Assembly: GCA_023257255.1 (NCBI GenBank)
Contig: JALRCR010000002.1
Location: forward strand, 5,000-68,999
Direction of reading: 5' to 3'
DNA from: Gammaproteobacteria bacterium
GTDB lineage: Bacteria > Pseudomonadota > Gammaproteobacteria > Ga0077536
Length of the DNA: 64,000 nt
The stretch's first letter is position 1. Every line of letters begins with the position of its first letter. This document shows positions 1 to 8,286 of this stretch, piece by piece. The notes under the pieces were generated by a model. That model saw only the letters and a program-made list of their open reading frames with translations. It was not told the DNA's origin and did no database searches. Position numbers and translations under genes: made by a program.

Positions 1-372
1 GAAATCTATGAGCGGGACAACATTTTCGGACGCGCGGCGGCGTTGGCGCCCAAGTTCCAGGCGCGTCTGCGCAGCTTCCTCGACCACCCGCTGGTGGGCG
101 AGGCGCGCGGCGTGGGCATGATTGGCGCGCTGGAGTTTGTGTCGAACAAGACGACCAAGGCGGGCTTCACGCCCTACGGCTCGATCGGCACCTACTGCTT
201 CGAGCGTTGCCACGCGCACGGCCTTATCCCGCGCAACGTGGGTGATGGCATCGCGCTGTGCCCGCCGTTGATCATCACCGAGGCGCAGATCGACGAAATG
301 TTCGACAAACTCTCGCTGGCGCTGGACGACACCCTCGACCACGTCTCCCGTCAGGGTTTGCTGGCGGCTTAA
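1..372 (+). CDS. class-III (omega-type) PLP aminotransferase, C-terminal fragment; 5' end lies outside the window
   Basis: Frame 1 is open from nt 1. The tail 'GIALCPPLIITEAQIDEMFDKLSLALDDTL' is typical of class-III aminotransferases. TAA at 370-372. Confidence 0.8.
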   Translation, partial: EIYERDNIFGRAAALAPKFQARLRSFLDHPLVGEARGVGMIGALEFVSNKTTKAGFTPYGSIGTYCFERCHAHGLIPRNVGDGIALCPPLIITEAQIDEMFDKLSLALDDTLDHVSRQGLLAA

Positions 373-418
373 GCTTCGGCCGGCGCGTGCCCGGATTCGG
401 GTGCGTGCCGGCTAACGC

Positions 419-1198
419 ATGACCCACGCGCCCCAGTTTCTCCCCGTCGCCGGCCGCCGGTTGGCTTTTCGCGCGGTGCCCGGCGACCTTAACCTGCCGG
501 TGCTGGTGCTGCTGCACGAAGGGCTGGGTTGTGTCGAGTTGTGGCGCGATTTTCCCGAACAGTTGAACGAAGCCAGCGGCCATCCGGTGCTGCTCTACTC
601 GCGCTTTGGCTATGGCGCATCCGAGCCCCAGCCCTTGCCCTGGCCGTTGGACTACATGCAACGCGAAGGGCTTGAGGTCTTGCCCGCCGTGCTGACGGCC
701 GCCGGCATCGAAGACTGCGTACTGGTGGGACATAGCGATGGCGCTTCCATCGCGCTTGCCAATGCCGGGGGGCTGGACGATCCGAGGGTGCGCGGCCTCA
801 TCCTGATGGCCCCGCACGTGTTCGCCGAAACTTGCGGGCTGGACAGCATTCGTGCCGTGCAGGCCCAGTACGCGCAGGGTCTGCGCGATCGGCTGGCGAA
901 GTACCACGGCGCTAACGTCGACTGCGCGTTCCGGGGGTGGAGCGATTCCTGGACCGCGCCGGGTTTTGCAGACTGGGATTTACGGCCGCTGCTCGGGGGG
1001 ATTACCCAGCCCGTGTTGCAGATTCAGGGCGTTGACGATCAGTACGGCACCGCCGCGCAGTTGCGCGCGATCGAGGCTGGCGTGCGGGGACCCTGTCAGA
1101 CTGCGCTGCTGGAGGATTGCCGGCACGCGCCGCAATTCGAGCAGCCCGCGCAAACGCTGGATTTGATTTGCGCCTTTCTTGAACGCCATGCCCAATGA
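419..1198 (+). CDS. alpha/beta-fold hydrolase
   Basis: 259 aa. 'VLLHEGLG' oxyanion-type region, nucleophile elbow 'GHSDGAS', and a C-terminal 'DCRHAP' His. Confidence 0.8.
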   Translation: MTHAPQFLPVAGRRLAFRAVPGDLNLPVLVLLHEGLGCVELWRDFPEQLNEASGHPVLLYSRFGYGASEPQPLPWPLDYMQREGLEVLPAVLTAAGIEDCVLVGHSDGASIALANAGGLDDPRVRGLILMAPHVFAETCGLDSIRAVQAQYAQGLRDRLAKYHGANVDCAFRGWSDSWTAPGFADWDLRPLLGGITQPVLQIQGVDDQYGTAAQLRAIEAGVRGPCQTALLEDCRHAPQFEQPAQTLDLICAFLERHAQ

Positions 1199-1246
1199 AG
1201 CGGCCGCTGCCGCGCTAGCCTCACCCCATCCCACAAGGAGCTTCCG

Positions 1247-1612
1247 ATGATTGGTTACGTCACGCTTGGAACGAACGATCTTGCCCGTGGTGCCGCGTTC
1301 TACGACGCATTGCTTGCCGAACTTGGCGCGAAACGGGTGATGGATATGGACCGCTTTGTAGCTTGGGCGGTGGCGCCCGGCACGCCGATGCTGCTGCTGA
1401 TGAAACCCTTCGATGGCAAGCCCGCCACGGTCGGCAACGGGGTGATGGTGTCGCTGGCGGCCGGCAGTCAGGAAAAAGTCGATGCCCTGTACAAGAAAGC
1501 GATTTCGCTCGGCGCTGCCGACGAAGGCGCGCCGGGCATCCGCAGCGGCACCTTCTACGGCGCCTATTGCCGCGATCTGGAAGGCAACAAGCTCTGCTTC
1601 TTCACGATGTAA
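1247..1612 (+). CDS. VOC (glyoxalase/bleomycin-resistance/dioxygenase) family protein
   Basis: 121 aa. N-terminus 'MIGYVTLGTNDLARGAAFYDALL' and tail 'RDLEGNKLCFF' are typical of a single VOC module. Confidence 0.75.
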   Translation: MIGYVTLGTNDLARGAAFYDALLAELGAKRVMDMDRFVAWAVAPGTPMLLLMKPFDGKPATVGNGVMVSLAAGSQEKVDALYKKAISLGAADEGAPGIRSGTFYGAYCRDLEGNKLCFFTM

Positions 1613-1664
1613 GCTGCGTGTCCCGGCGGGCCGATGGGCACGCCGGGGCGCTGCTCCCCGCGCG

Positions 1665-2354
1665 CTAGATACGGGCGCCGAAAATCTGTCCGACCAGCGC
1701 GGTCGCGCCCATCGCCAAGGCGCCCCAGAACGCCACCCGCAAGGCGCCAGTCAGCACAGCGGCCCCGCCCAAACGGGCCGCCAGACCGCCCAGTCCAGCC
1801 AACAGCAGCAGCGATACCCCGCTGACCGTCCCGGCCAGCAGCGGCGCGGGCACCAGCACCGCAAGCGCCACCGGCGGCAGGGCGCCCAGACTGAAGGCCA
1901 GCGCCGAGGCCAATGCCGCCTGCAGCGGATTGGCGCGAGACCCTTCAAACAAGCCCAGTTCGTCGCGCGCATGCGTCCCCAGCGCGTCGTGGCGGGTCAT
2001 TTCGATGGCCACCTGCCGCGCCAGCGGTTCGCTCAAACCCCGGCCCATGTAAATGCCGGTGAGTTCGTCGAGTTCATGTTCGGGGTCATCGACCAACTCG
2101 GCGCGCTCGCGCGCCAAATCGGCCTGCTCGGTGTCGGACTGGGAGCTGACCGATACAAACTCGCCGGCCGCCATCGACAGCGCGCCGGCGACCAGCCCGG
2201 CCAGCGCCGCGATAAGCAGGTCGTGACTGGCCATTTGCGCGACCGCCATGCCGACCACCAGACTGCCGGTGGAAATGAGGCCGTCGTTGGCGCCGAGCAG
2301 GGCGGCGCGGAGCCAGCCGATGCGGTCGATTCGATGGTATTCGCGGTGGGGCAT
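1665..2354 (-). CDS. VIT1/CCC1-family iron/manganese transporter
   Basis: 229 aa. 'LGANDGLISTGSLVVGMAVA', an acidic cytosolic helix 'DDPEHELDELTGIY', and Gly/Ala-rich C-terminal TM helices. Confidence 0.85.
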   Translation of the reverse strand: MPHREYHRIDRIGWLRAALLGANDGLISTGSLVVGMAVAQMASHDLLIAALAGLVAGALSMAAGEFVSVSSQSDTEQADLARERAELVDDPEHELDELTGIYMGRGLSEPLARQVAIEMTRHDALGTHARDELGLFEGSRANPLQAALASALAFSLGALPPVALAVLVPAPLLAGTVSGVSLLLLAGLGGLAARLGGAAVLTGALRVAFWGALAMGATALVGQIFGARI

Positions 2355-2610
2355 GTTGCACTGCTACGGAGGAACTCAGACCGGAGTGTAGGCGCCGCAA
2401 AGCCTGTTCGTCACCGTGTGGCCGGCCATCAAATGCTGATGCCGCACCGGTTTGGCCGCGAATGTTGAGAACTGTGCCGCAAAAATAACGCGCGCATTGC
2501 CGCCGGGGCTTGCATCGCATCCCGCAAGCGGCCACCCTCCGCGGCAGGAAAACCCAGATGCGCGCAACCAAGGGTGGTTGGGGCATGCTCGGCACCAAAG
2601 GAAAGCAAAC

Positions 2611-3363
2611 ATGATGTTTGAGCAACTGACCAATTCCCGCTCGTGGATGACGAGCGTGGCGGCGGCGGGCCTGCTGAGCCTGACGCTGACCGCCAGTGCG
2701 GCCGGTCCGACGGTCGGCCCGGAGGCGACCAGCTGGACCCTTAGTTCGTCCAGTTTCGCCTACGACTCAAGTTTTAATTTCGTGCGTAACAGCACCGACA
2801 CCGGCTGGGATCCGTGGCGCCTGACGACGACCGACCCGGGCACCATCGATGCGGTCGGCACGTTCACGATCAACAACCCCAGCGGGCTTTTCCCCGCGAT
2901 CGGCAACCCTGGTGACTGGAAAGTCGTCGCGGCGCGCATCACCGCCCGCATGGAAGACGGCGACTCGGCCCTCGGCGCGTTCGATTACAACAATCTTGCG
3001 GTGGTGGTGGGGAAGGGCAGTGCCACGCCTCTGCGCATTCCCGGCCTGTATCTGAACGGGTTCCCGAACGCGGTGGTGGCGACCGCCACCAACTCAACCT
3101 CGCTGCTCGGTAACGACGCTTTCGGGGTGAGCCTGGCGACCATGCTGGCTGGCAGCGGTTCGGCGGTGAATTTCTTCATCGACGACCTCAATGAAGGCAT
3201 GAACAACCTGTTCTTCTACAAGTCGCAGGCCTCGGTGTTCAAGCTGGAGTTTGACCTGCAACGCGCGCTGACCCCGCCGCCGGCGCCGGTACCGGTGCCA
3301 GGTGGTCTGCTGCTGCTGGGCAGTGCCCTGCTGACCGGGGTTGCGATCCGCCGCCGCAGCTAA
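2611..3363 (+). CDS. secreted hypothetical protein with a PEP-CTERM-like tripartite C-terminal sorting signal
   Basis: Start chosen at the ATG at 2611, preceded by 'AAGGAAAG'. Signal peptide 'SVAAAGLLSLTLTASAA'. C-terminus 'PPPAPVPVPGG-LLLLGSALLTGVAI-RRRS' is a Pro motif, a TM helix and a basic tail. The ORF-track extension 2452-2610 is basic, low-complexity sequence. Confidence 0.6.
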   Translation: MMFEQLTNSRSWMTSVAAAGLLSLTLTASAAGPTVGPEATSWTLSSSSFAYDSSFNFVRNSTDTGWDPWRLTTTDPGTIDAVGTFTINNPSGLFPAIGNPGDWKVVAARITARMEDGDSALGAFDYNNLAVVVGKGSATPLRIPGLYLNGFPNAVVATATNSTSLLGNDAFGVSLATMLAGSGSAVNFFIDDLNEGMNNLFFYKSQASVFKLEFDLQRALTPPPAPVPVPGGLLLLGSALLTGVAIRRRS

Positions 3364-3382
3364 GCGCTGGTTGGCGGTTTCA

Positions 3383-3410
3383 AGCGTGCGCCCGCGTCAG
3401 GGCGCACGCT
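3383..3410. terminator. perfect 11-bp inverted repeat between convergent genes (possible bidirectional terminator, no U-tract)
   Basis: AGCGTGCGCCC (3383-3393), 6-nt loop, GGGCGCACGCT (3400-3410). It overlaps the HlyD-like stop codon at 3397-3399. Confidence 0.4.
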
Positions 3411-4599
3411 CCATATTGATTCTCACCGTTTGCCCCGCCTGAAGGCCGTCGGTCACGGGCTGCCCGTCCACATCCAGCGTCACCCGGAACGGGCGGTAGG
3501 TGGTCGGTAACTGCTGCGGATTGCGCGCCTCGCGGCGTCCTACCGGCACCGTGTCGTATTCGTTAACGGGCTCATTCCAGGTCAGCGAGAGCCGACCGGT
3601 CCGTTCTCCGCCGCCCGCATTAGCCGGCAATTTAATGACCACCCGCTGACCGTCCAGTACGTCGGGCAGGTCGGCGGTTTCCAGAAAACCTTCCAGCCAG
3701 AGCTGGCGGGGATTAGTCACGGTCAGGATGACTTCGCCCAGTTTGGCGACTTCACCGGCCCGACGATGGATGGCCGTGACCACGCCGTCGATCGGCACAC
3801 TCAACGTCAGACCTGCACGGTTGCCCCGGAGGGTCGTCAGTTCAACTTCAGCCAGTTTGGCATCGGTTCGCAGGTTAACCAGCGCACTCGAGGGCCCGCT
3901 GGGGCCGCCGTCCGCGCCCTGCGCGGCGGCCTGCGACAGTTCGGCCGAGCGCGCTGCCGCGCGCGCTGAGAGCTGTGCGGTGCGCAGTCGGCCCCGCCAA
4001 ACGGCCGCTTCCTGCGCGGCCTTTTCGTATTCCGCACGCGTGACGGCGCCCAGTGCCAGCAGGCGCTTAAGTTCCTGCAGACGGGTATCTCGCATCGCGC
4101 TGGTGGTTTTCGCTTCCTCGGCCTCAGCGCTCGCCATCAGGCGATTCTGTTCGGCGCGCGCCACGTTGGCCGCCGCCTGCGATTGCTGGGCGGGGTCTGG
4201 CCGGGACTGGGCGCTGCTCGTCGCTTCCAGCTGGGCCAGCACGGCACGCCGGGCGTCCAGTCGGGCTTCGGCCATGGCGATCGCCTGCTCCAGTTCGTCG
4301 CTGGAAAGTTCAACCAGCGGCTGACCGGCGCGGACCGTGTCGCCTTCGCTGACCAGCAGTTTGGTGATGCGGGAGGCCTGCGCGGGGGCGACCCGCAGTT
4401 CCAGCGCGCGTACCCGCGCGGTGCTGCTGATCATGGTGCTGTTCCAGTACCACATACCCAGTCCCACCAGCAGCGCCAGCGCAATCAGGGCCAGGCTGGC
4501 TGCTCTGACCTGTGGGCCCCGCGGCGCCGGCTTGGGCGCTGCCGCGACCGGCGCGATGGGCGTGTTCTGGTCTGGCAGGCGATTAAAGCGAATAGCCAT
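3397..4599 (-). CDS. HlyD-family membrane fusion (periplasmic adaptor) protein
   Basis: 400 aa. N-terminal TM 'ASLALIALALLVGLGMWYW', lipoyl-like 'LLVSEGDTVRAGQPLVEL', a long Ala/Gln/Arg coiled-coil hairpin, and the second lipoyl half 'VPIDGVVTAIHRRAGEVAKLGEVILTV'. Confidence 0.85.
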   Translation of the reverse strand: MAIRFNRLPDQNTPIAPVAAAPKPAPRGPQVRAASLALIALALLVGLGMWYWNSTMISSTARVRALELRVAPAQASRITKLLVSEGDTVRAGQPLVELSSDELEQAIAMAEARLDARRAVLAQLEATSSAQSRPDPAQQSQAAANVARAEQNRLMASAEAEEAKTTSAMRDTRLQELKRLLALGAVTRAEYEKAAQEAAVWRGRLRTAQLSARAAARSAELSQAAAQGADGGPSGPSSALVNLRTDAKLAEVELTTLRGNRAGLTLSVPIDGVVTAIHRRAGEVAKLGEVILTVTNPRQLWLEGFLETADLPDVLDGQRVVIKLPANAGGGERTGRLSLTWNEPVNEYDTVPVGRREARNPQQLPTTYRPFRVTLDVDGQPVTDGLQAGQTVRINMERAP

Positions 4600-4608
4600 C
4601 GATTAGTC

Positions 4609-6972
4609 CTAGGGCGCGTTGTCGCGGCTGTTGGCGGAGTCGGCAGACGACTGGCAGGCGGCGGTGCCCGGCGCCTTGTCCAGAATCAGCGCCCGGTAGC
4701 GGTCCAGATCGTGGATGGCCACGCCCAGTACCGGCCCGGTTTCGCTGAGGTCGATCGTCAATTTGCGGAGTGCATTCTCAAATTGCTCTGGCGTTTCGTC
4801 CGGGCAGCGGTCGCCGGCGGCCGCGCTCACGCCGATCCACCAGGGGCGCCCGGTGGCGGCGATTTGCTGCCCGGCCTTGCGCAACTGGGCGTCCAGTCGC
4901 TCGCGATCGGCGCCGTAGGCCATGAACACCACGCCGCTCAGCGCGCGGGCCAGCTTGGGTAATACGGGCGGCTCCAAGCCGTCGCGCTTGGCCAGCCAGA
5001 CCGGCAGGTCGGCATACAGCGGAATTTGTCCCTCGGCGGCCTTGGCCAGTTTTTGCACCACCGCCACCAAGCCTTCCAGCAGATCTTCCTGCGCATCGCT
5101 GTCATCCCAGTCACGCAGTGCCTGCGGCTCGATGTCGAGATGCAGCGCGTCGAGTCGTCCGGTATCCGACGCGTCCCGATTGAACGCCAGCACGGTCTCG
5201 AGATAACGCAGCGCGTTGTCCTGTTTGCCAGGCCGCACCCAGGCCGGGTCGCCGGCCAGCGCGTGGATTTTCACGCCGCGGGCGTGCGCTTGTTCGATGA
5301 ATGCCACCAGCGCCGCGCGCTCGGTGGTGAGCTGGGAGGCCTTCAACGCCACGAACAGATGATCGAGGCCGCTGGCGCTGGCCCAGTCCAGCAGTTCGCG
5401 AATGGCATCGGGCTGGCCGATGAAACTGCTGCGCCAGACCCACAGCGCGCGCCCGGCGCCACCCGCCGAACTGAGCCGGGCAAGCGGGGCGCGGGACTCG
5501 AACGGAATGGCGCCGGGATCCACTGCGCTGGCCAGGGCGAGCTGCAGATTGGCCCGCTCCACCGCGTAGTGCGCAATCAGCGCCTCACGCCGGCTGCGCA
5601 GGGCACGTAACTGGTCCCGCGCTTCGCGTACCAGCAGTTCGTCCGGATCCAGCTCCTCGACCAGCGCGTCGGTGCGCAAGGCGCGAACTTTCAGCTGGTC
5701 TTCGGCCACCAGCGCACGGCGCTCGCTGGCCTCGGCGGCCTTGCGGGCGCTGGCCAGCCCGCCCTGGGCGTCGATGACGTCTAGCGCAATCTGCTGAAAG
5801 GCGTCCTCTTCGGCCAGCGCGGCTTGCGCCACCAGCGCTTCGGCCCGGTCGAGGCGGGCCCGCCGCAGCGGCACCACCAGCACCGGCACCTTGAACAGCG
5901 CGCTGATGGTGAAGCCCCGGTCAATCGAGCGCTCGTTCTTGCCGTCGGATTGACCCCATGCCGTGCGCAGGCTGATATCCGGGGTGAGGGTGTCGGTGCG
6001 CGCTCGCACCGCCGTCGCCTTCAGGACTGCCGCCCGCGCACTGGCCAGTTCCTGACGGCCCTGACGCGCTGCGGCCTGGGGATCGTCGGGCACCATCGCC
6101 ACCGGTGCTTGCGCCGCCAGCGGCAGGGCGGCCTCGACGGGGCGCTGCATCAGCGCGTTCAGCCGGCTCCGTGCCAGCATCACCTGTTGGGTGACGGCTT
6201 CGGCGCTGGATTGGGCACTGGCAATTTCAGCCTGCGCTTCGAACACCCGGGTTCGCAGAACATTGCCACCCAGCGCCAGCGTCTTCATCTGCACGCGGAA
6301 GTTATCGGCGGCCGCGAGTTCCTCCGCCAGCGCGCCGGCCTGTGCCTCACCGGCCTGCAGACGGTGGTACTGCTCAAGCGCATCGGCCAGCACGGCGCGG
6401 CGGGTGGTCGCGTAGTTGGCGAGCGCGGCGAGGAGCTCGGACTCGGCGTCGGAAATCATCGCCTTGCGCTCGACCAGGCCGCCGTACACCGACTGGGTCA
6501 GCCCGGCCAGAATGCCGAGCGGATAGAAGCGCGTCATGAGTGAGAGTTCGGGGCTCATGGACACCTTGGCTTCCCGCAGCCGGGCGCGGGCTTCGATGAC
6601 GCGGTACACCGCCGCGCGCAAATCGAGGTTCCGCGCCTTGACGGTGGCCAGCACCGCCGCCGGCGTCGTTGGGGCCGGACCCGTGTCGGCCGCAAGTTCG
6701 CCCAGCGGCGGCAAGCGGCGGTGCTCGCTTTCGGCCCGTACGGCTGCCAGCAGGTCCTGCGCACGCGCGTCACCCGCCGTGGCGCCGTCGGTCTGCTGCA
6801 AGGTCTGGGCGGCGCTGTCGGTTTGTCCCTGGGCGTAGGCCAGCAAGGCCTGCTCAAAAGGCTCGCGGTCGGGAAAGGCCAGCAAAGGCTGTAAGGGCGT
6901 GCTGGCGCACGCGCCGAGCACGCCGGCCAGCGCCACCGCGCACGCCGCTCGCCATGCCGCGCGAGGGCGCAT
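4609..6972 (-). CDS. lipoprotein: TolC/OEP-like outer-membrane factor fused to a C-terminal TIM-barrel glycoside-hydrolase-like domain
   Basis: Start set at the ATG at 6972-6970, which overlaps the GT2 stop (TAATG). Lipobox 'VLGAC'. Two halves of long helices plus beta-hairpin segments ('SLMTRFYPLGILAGLTQSVYGG', 'ISLRTAWGQSDG...GFTISALFKVPV'). C-terminal residues about 508-765 alternate beta and alpha elements ('LWVWRS', 'HLFVAL', 'KIHALAG', 'ALHLDIEP', 'GVVFMAY', 'WWIGVS', 'GVAIHDL'). Confidence 0.65.
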   Translation of the reverse strand: MRPRAAWRAACAVALAGVLGACASTPLQPLLAFPDREPFEQALLAYAQGQTDSAAQTLQQTDGATAGDARAQDLLAAVRAESEHRRLPPLGELAADTGPAPTTPAAVLATVKARNLDLRAAVYRVIEARARLREAKVSMSPELSLMTRFYPLGILAGLTQSVYGGLVERKAMISDAESELLAALANYATTRRAVLADALEQYHRLQAGEAQAGALAEELAAADNFRVQMKTLALGGNVLRTRVFEAQAEIASAQSSAEAVTQQVMLARSRLNALMQRPVEAALPLAAQAPVAMVPDDPQAAARQGRQELASARAAVLKATAVRARTDTLTPDISLRTAWGQSDGKNERSIDRGFTISALFKVPVLVVPLRRARLDRAEALVAQAALAEEDAFQQIALDVIDAQGGLASARKAAEASERRALVAEDQLKVRALRTDALVEELDPDELLVREARDQLRALRSRREALIAHYAVERANLQLALASAVDPGAIPFESRAPLARLSSAGGAGRALWVWRSSFIGQPDAIRELLDWASASGLDHLFVALKASQLTTERAALVAFIEQAHARGVKIHALAGDPAWVRPGKQDNALRYLETVLAFNRDASDTGRLDALHLDIEPQALRDWDDSDAQEDLLEGLVAVVQKLAKAAEGQIPLYADLPVWLAKRDGLEPPVLPKLARALSGVVFMAYGADRERLDAQLRKAGQQIAATGRPWWIGVSAAAGDRCPDETPEQFENALRKLTIDLSETGPVLGVAIHDLDRYRALILDKAPGTAACQSSADSANSRDNAP

Positions 6973-8279
6973 TAGTACACCTCCATCTGCGCCTGGACTT
7001 GCGCCGGGGCAAAGGGATCGCGGTAGGAGGTGCGAAAGAAAATTTCCTGCGTCAGCGCGGTCAGCCGGATCAGCTTCAGCAGGATCCGGTACAGCGGATA
7101 GACCGGCAGGCTGAGCAGCAAAGGCAGACGCCGATACTCGAAGTCGCATACCACCAGACCAATCAGCGTGCGCAGGCTCATGCTGATGTAGTGCAGCACC
7201 AGCATCGTCACCAGAATGAAGTCGTAATCGCCTTTGAAGTTCAGCAGCATGTCGACGGTGTAGATCAGCCACATGGCCGGCAATATCGCCAGAAAAAGAA
7301 AGGTGTCCAGAAACGACACAAAACTGCTGGGGCTGAAGTTGGCGAAGGTCGGGTTGAAGATGTCGCGGTGTTTACGCGCGCGGTTACGCACCAGATTGCG
7401 GTCCCAGCGCAGGCGCTGGCGAATCAGCTTGGGCACGCTGGTCGGGGCGGTGGTGCGGCAGATGCCGTCTTGCGCAAATGCGATCTGGTAGCCCAGCTTG
7501 CGAATCCGGATGGTCGCATCCGAGTCGCAGCCCGGTCCCGGCTCAAGGCCGCCCACGCTGCCCAGCAGTTCCCGCCGGTAGGCGCCGATGGCGCCGGGAA
7601 CGATCGACAGGATGCCCACTTCCGCCTTGAACCGCCGGTCCAGCGACAGACTGAGCAGGTATTCGATGGCCTGCAGGCGGGTGAGCAGCGAGGTGTTGCA
7701 GTTACGCACCGTGAGGTTGCCGCTGACGGCGCCAACCTGCGGGTCTTCAAAATGACGCACCATCTGCCACACGGTGCTGCGTTCGAGCGTGGAATCGGAA
7801 TCCATCAGCACCACGAACTCGCCGCGGGCCAGTTCCAGCCCGGCGTTAATCGCCGCCGACTTGCCCTGTCGCCGGTTCATGCGATGCACCCGCAGGTGAT
7901 AGCGCTGCGCCAGCGCCTGCATTTTCTCGCCGGTGCCGTCGGTAGAGCCGTCGTCAATGAGGATAATTTCAAGGTTCGGCCAGGTCTGCTCGCGTAGCGA
8001 GCGAACCACCTCGCCAATGGTCTCGGCTTCGTTGAGCGCCGGCACGATCACCGACACCAGCGGCGTTTCCGGCCCGAATTCGGCGGGCTCCACCATCGTC
8101 GTTTCGTGCATCCACCAGTACAGCACGGCCAGATTGGTGAAGAAGTAGCGCGGGGTTTCCAGAAACAGGAAGGCCCAGAACACCCGCACGAACTGGTCGA
8201 TGTGCAGGCTGAGCGCCCAGTCGCTGACCTCTGTCAGGTACTCGATAAACCCGTTGAAGGCGAGCGTCAGGGAGTCCAC
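6972..8279 (-). CDS. family-2 glycosyltransferase, membrane-embedded processive synthase type (PgaC/NodC/BcsA-like)
   Basis: 435 aa. N-terminal TM helices, 'VIVPALNE', 'DDGSTDGT', 'MDSDS' (DxD), 'GAIGAYRR', 'QRLRWDR' (QxxRW), then several C-terminal TM helices. Confidence 0.85.
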   Translation of the reverse strand: MDSLTLAFNGFIEYLTEVSDWALSLHIDQFVRVFWAFLFLETPRYFFTNLAVLYWWMHETTMVEPAEFGPETPLVSVIVPALNEAETIGEVVRSLREQTWPNLEIILIDDGSTDGTGEKMQALAQRYHLRVHRMNRRQGKSAAINAGLELARGEFVVLMDSDSTLERSTVWQMVRHFEDPQVGAVSGNLTVRNCNTSLLTRLQAIEYLLSLSLDRRFKAEVGILSIVPGAIGAYRRELLGSVGGLEPGPGCDSDATIRIRKLGYQIAFAQDGICRTTAPTSVPKLIRQRLRWDRNLVRNRARKHRDIFNPTFANFSPSSFVSFLDTFLFLAILPAMWLIYTVDMLLNFKGDYDFILVTMLVLHYISMSLRTLIGLVVCDFEYRRLPLLLSLPVYPLYRILLKLIRLTALTQEIFFRTSYRDPFAPAQVQAQMEVY

Positions 8280-8286
8280 GCCCGCC

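Noticed and set aside
6973-7272. 100-codon N-terminal extension of the OMF-fusion ORF in the track
   Set aside because: It would overlap the 3' end of the GT2 gene by 300 nt. The ATG at 6972 gives a proper lipoprotein signal peptide and a TAATG coupling junction.
6669-7997. 442-aa ORF on the plus strand
   Set aside because: It is antisense to the OMF fusion and GT2 genes. It is basic and low-complexity with no motifs.
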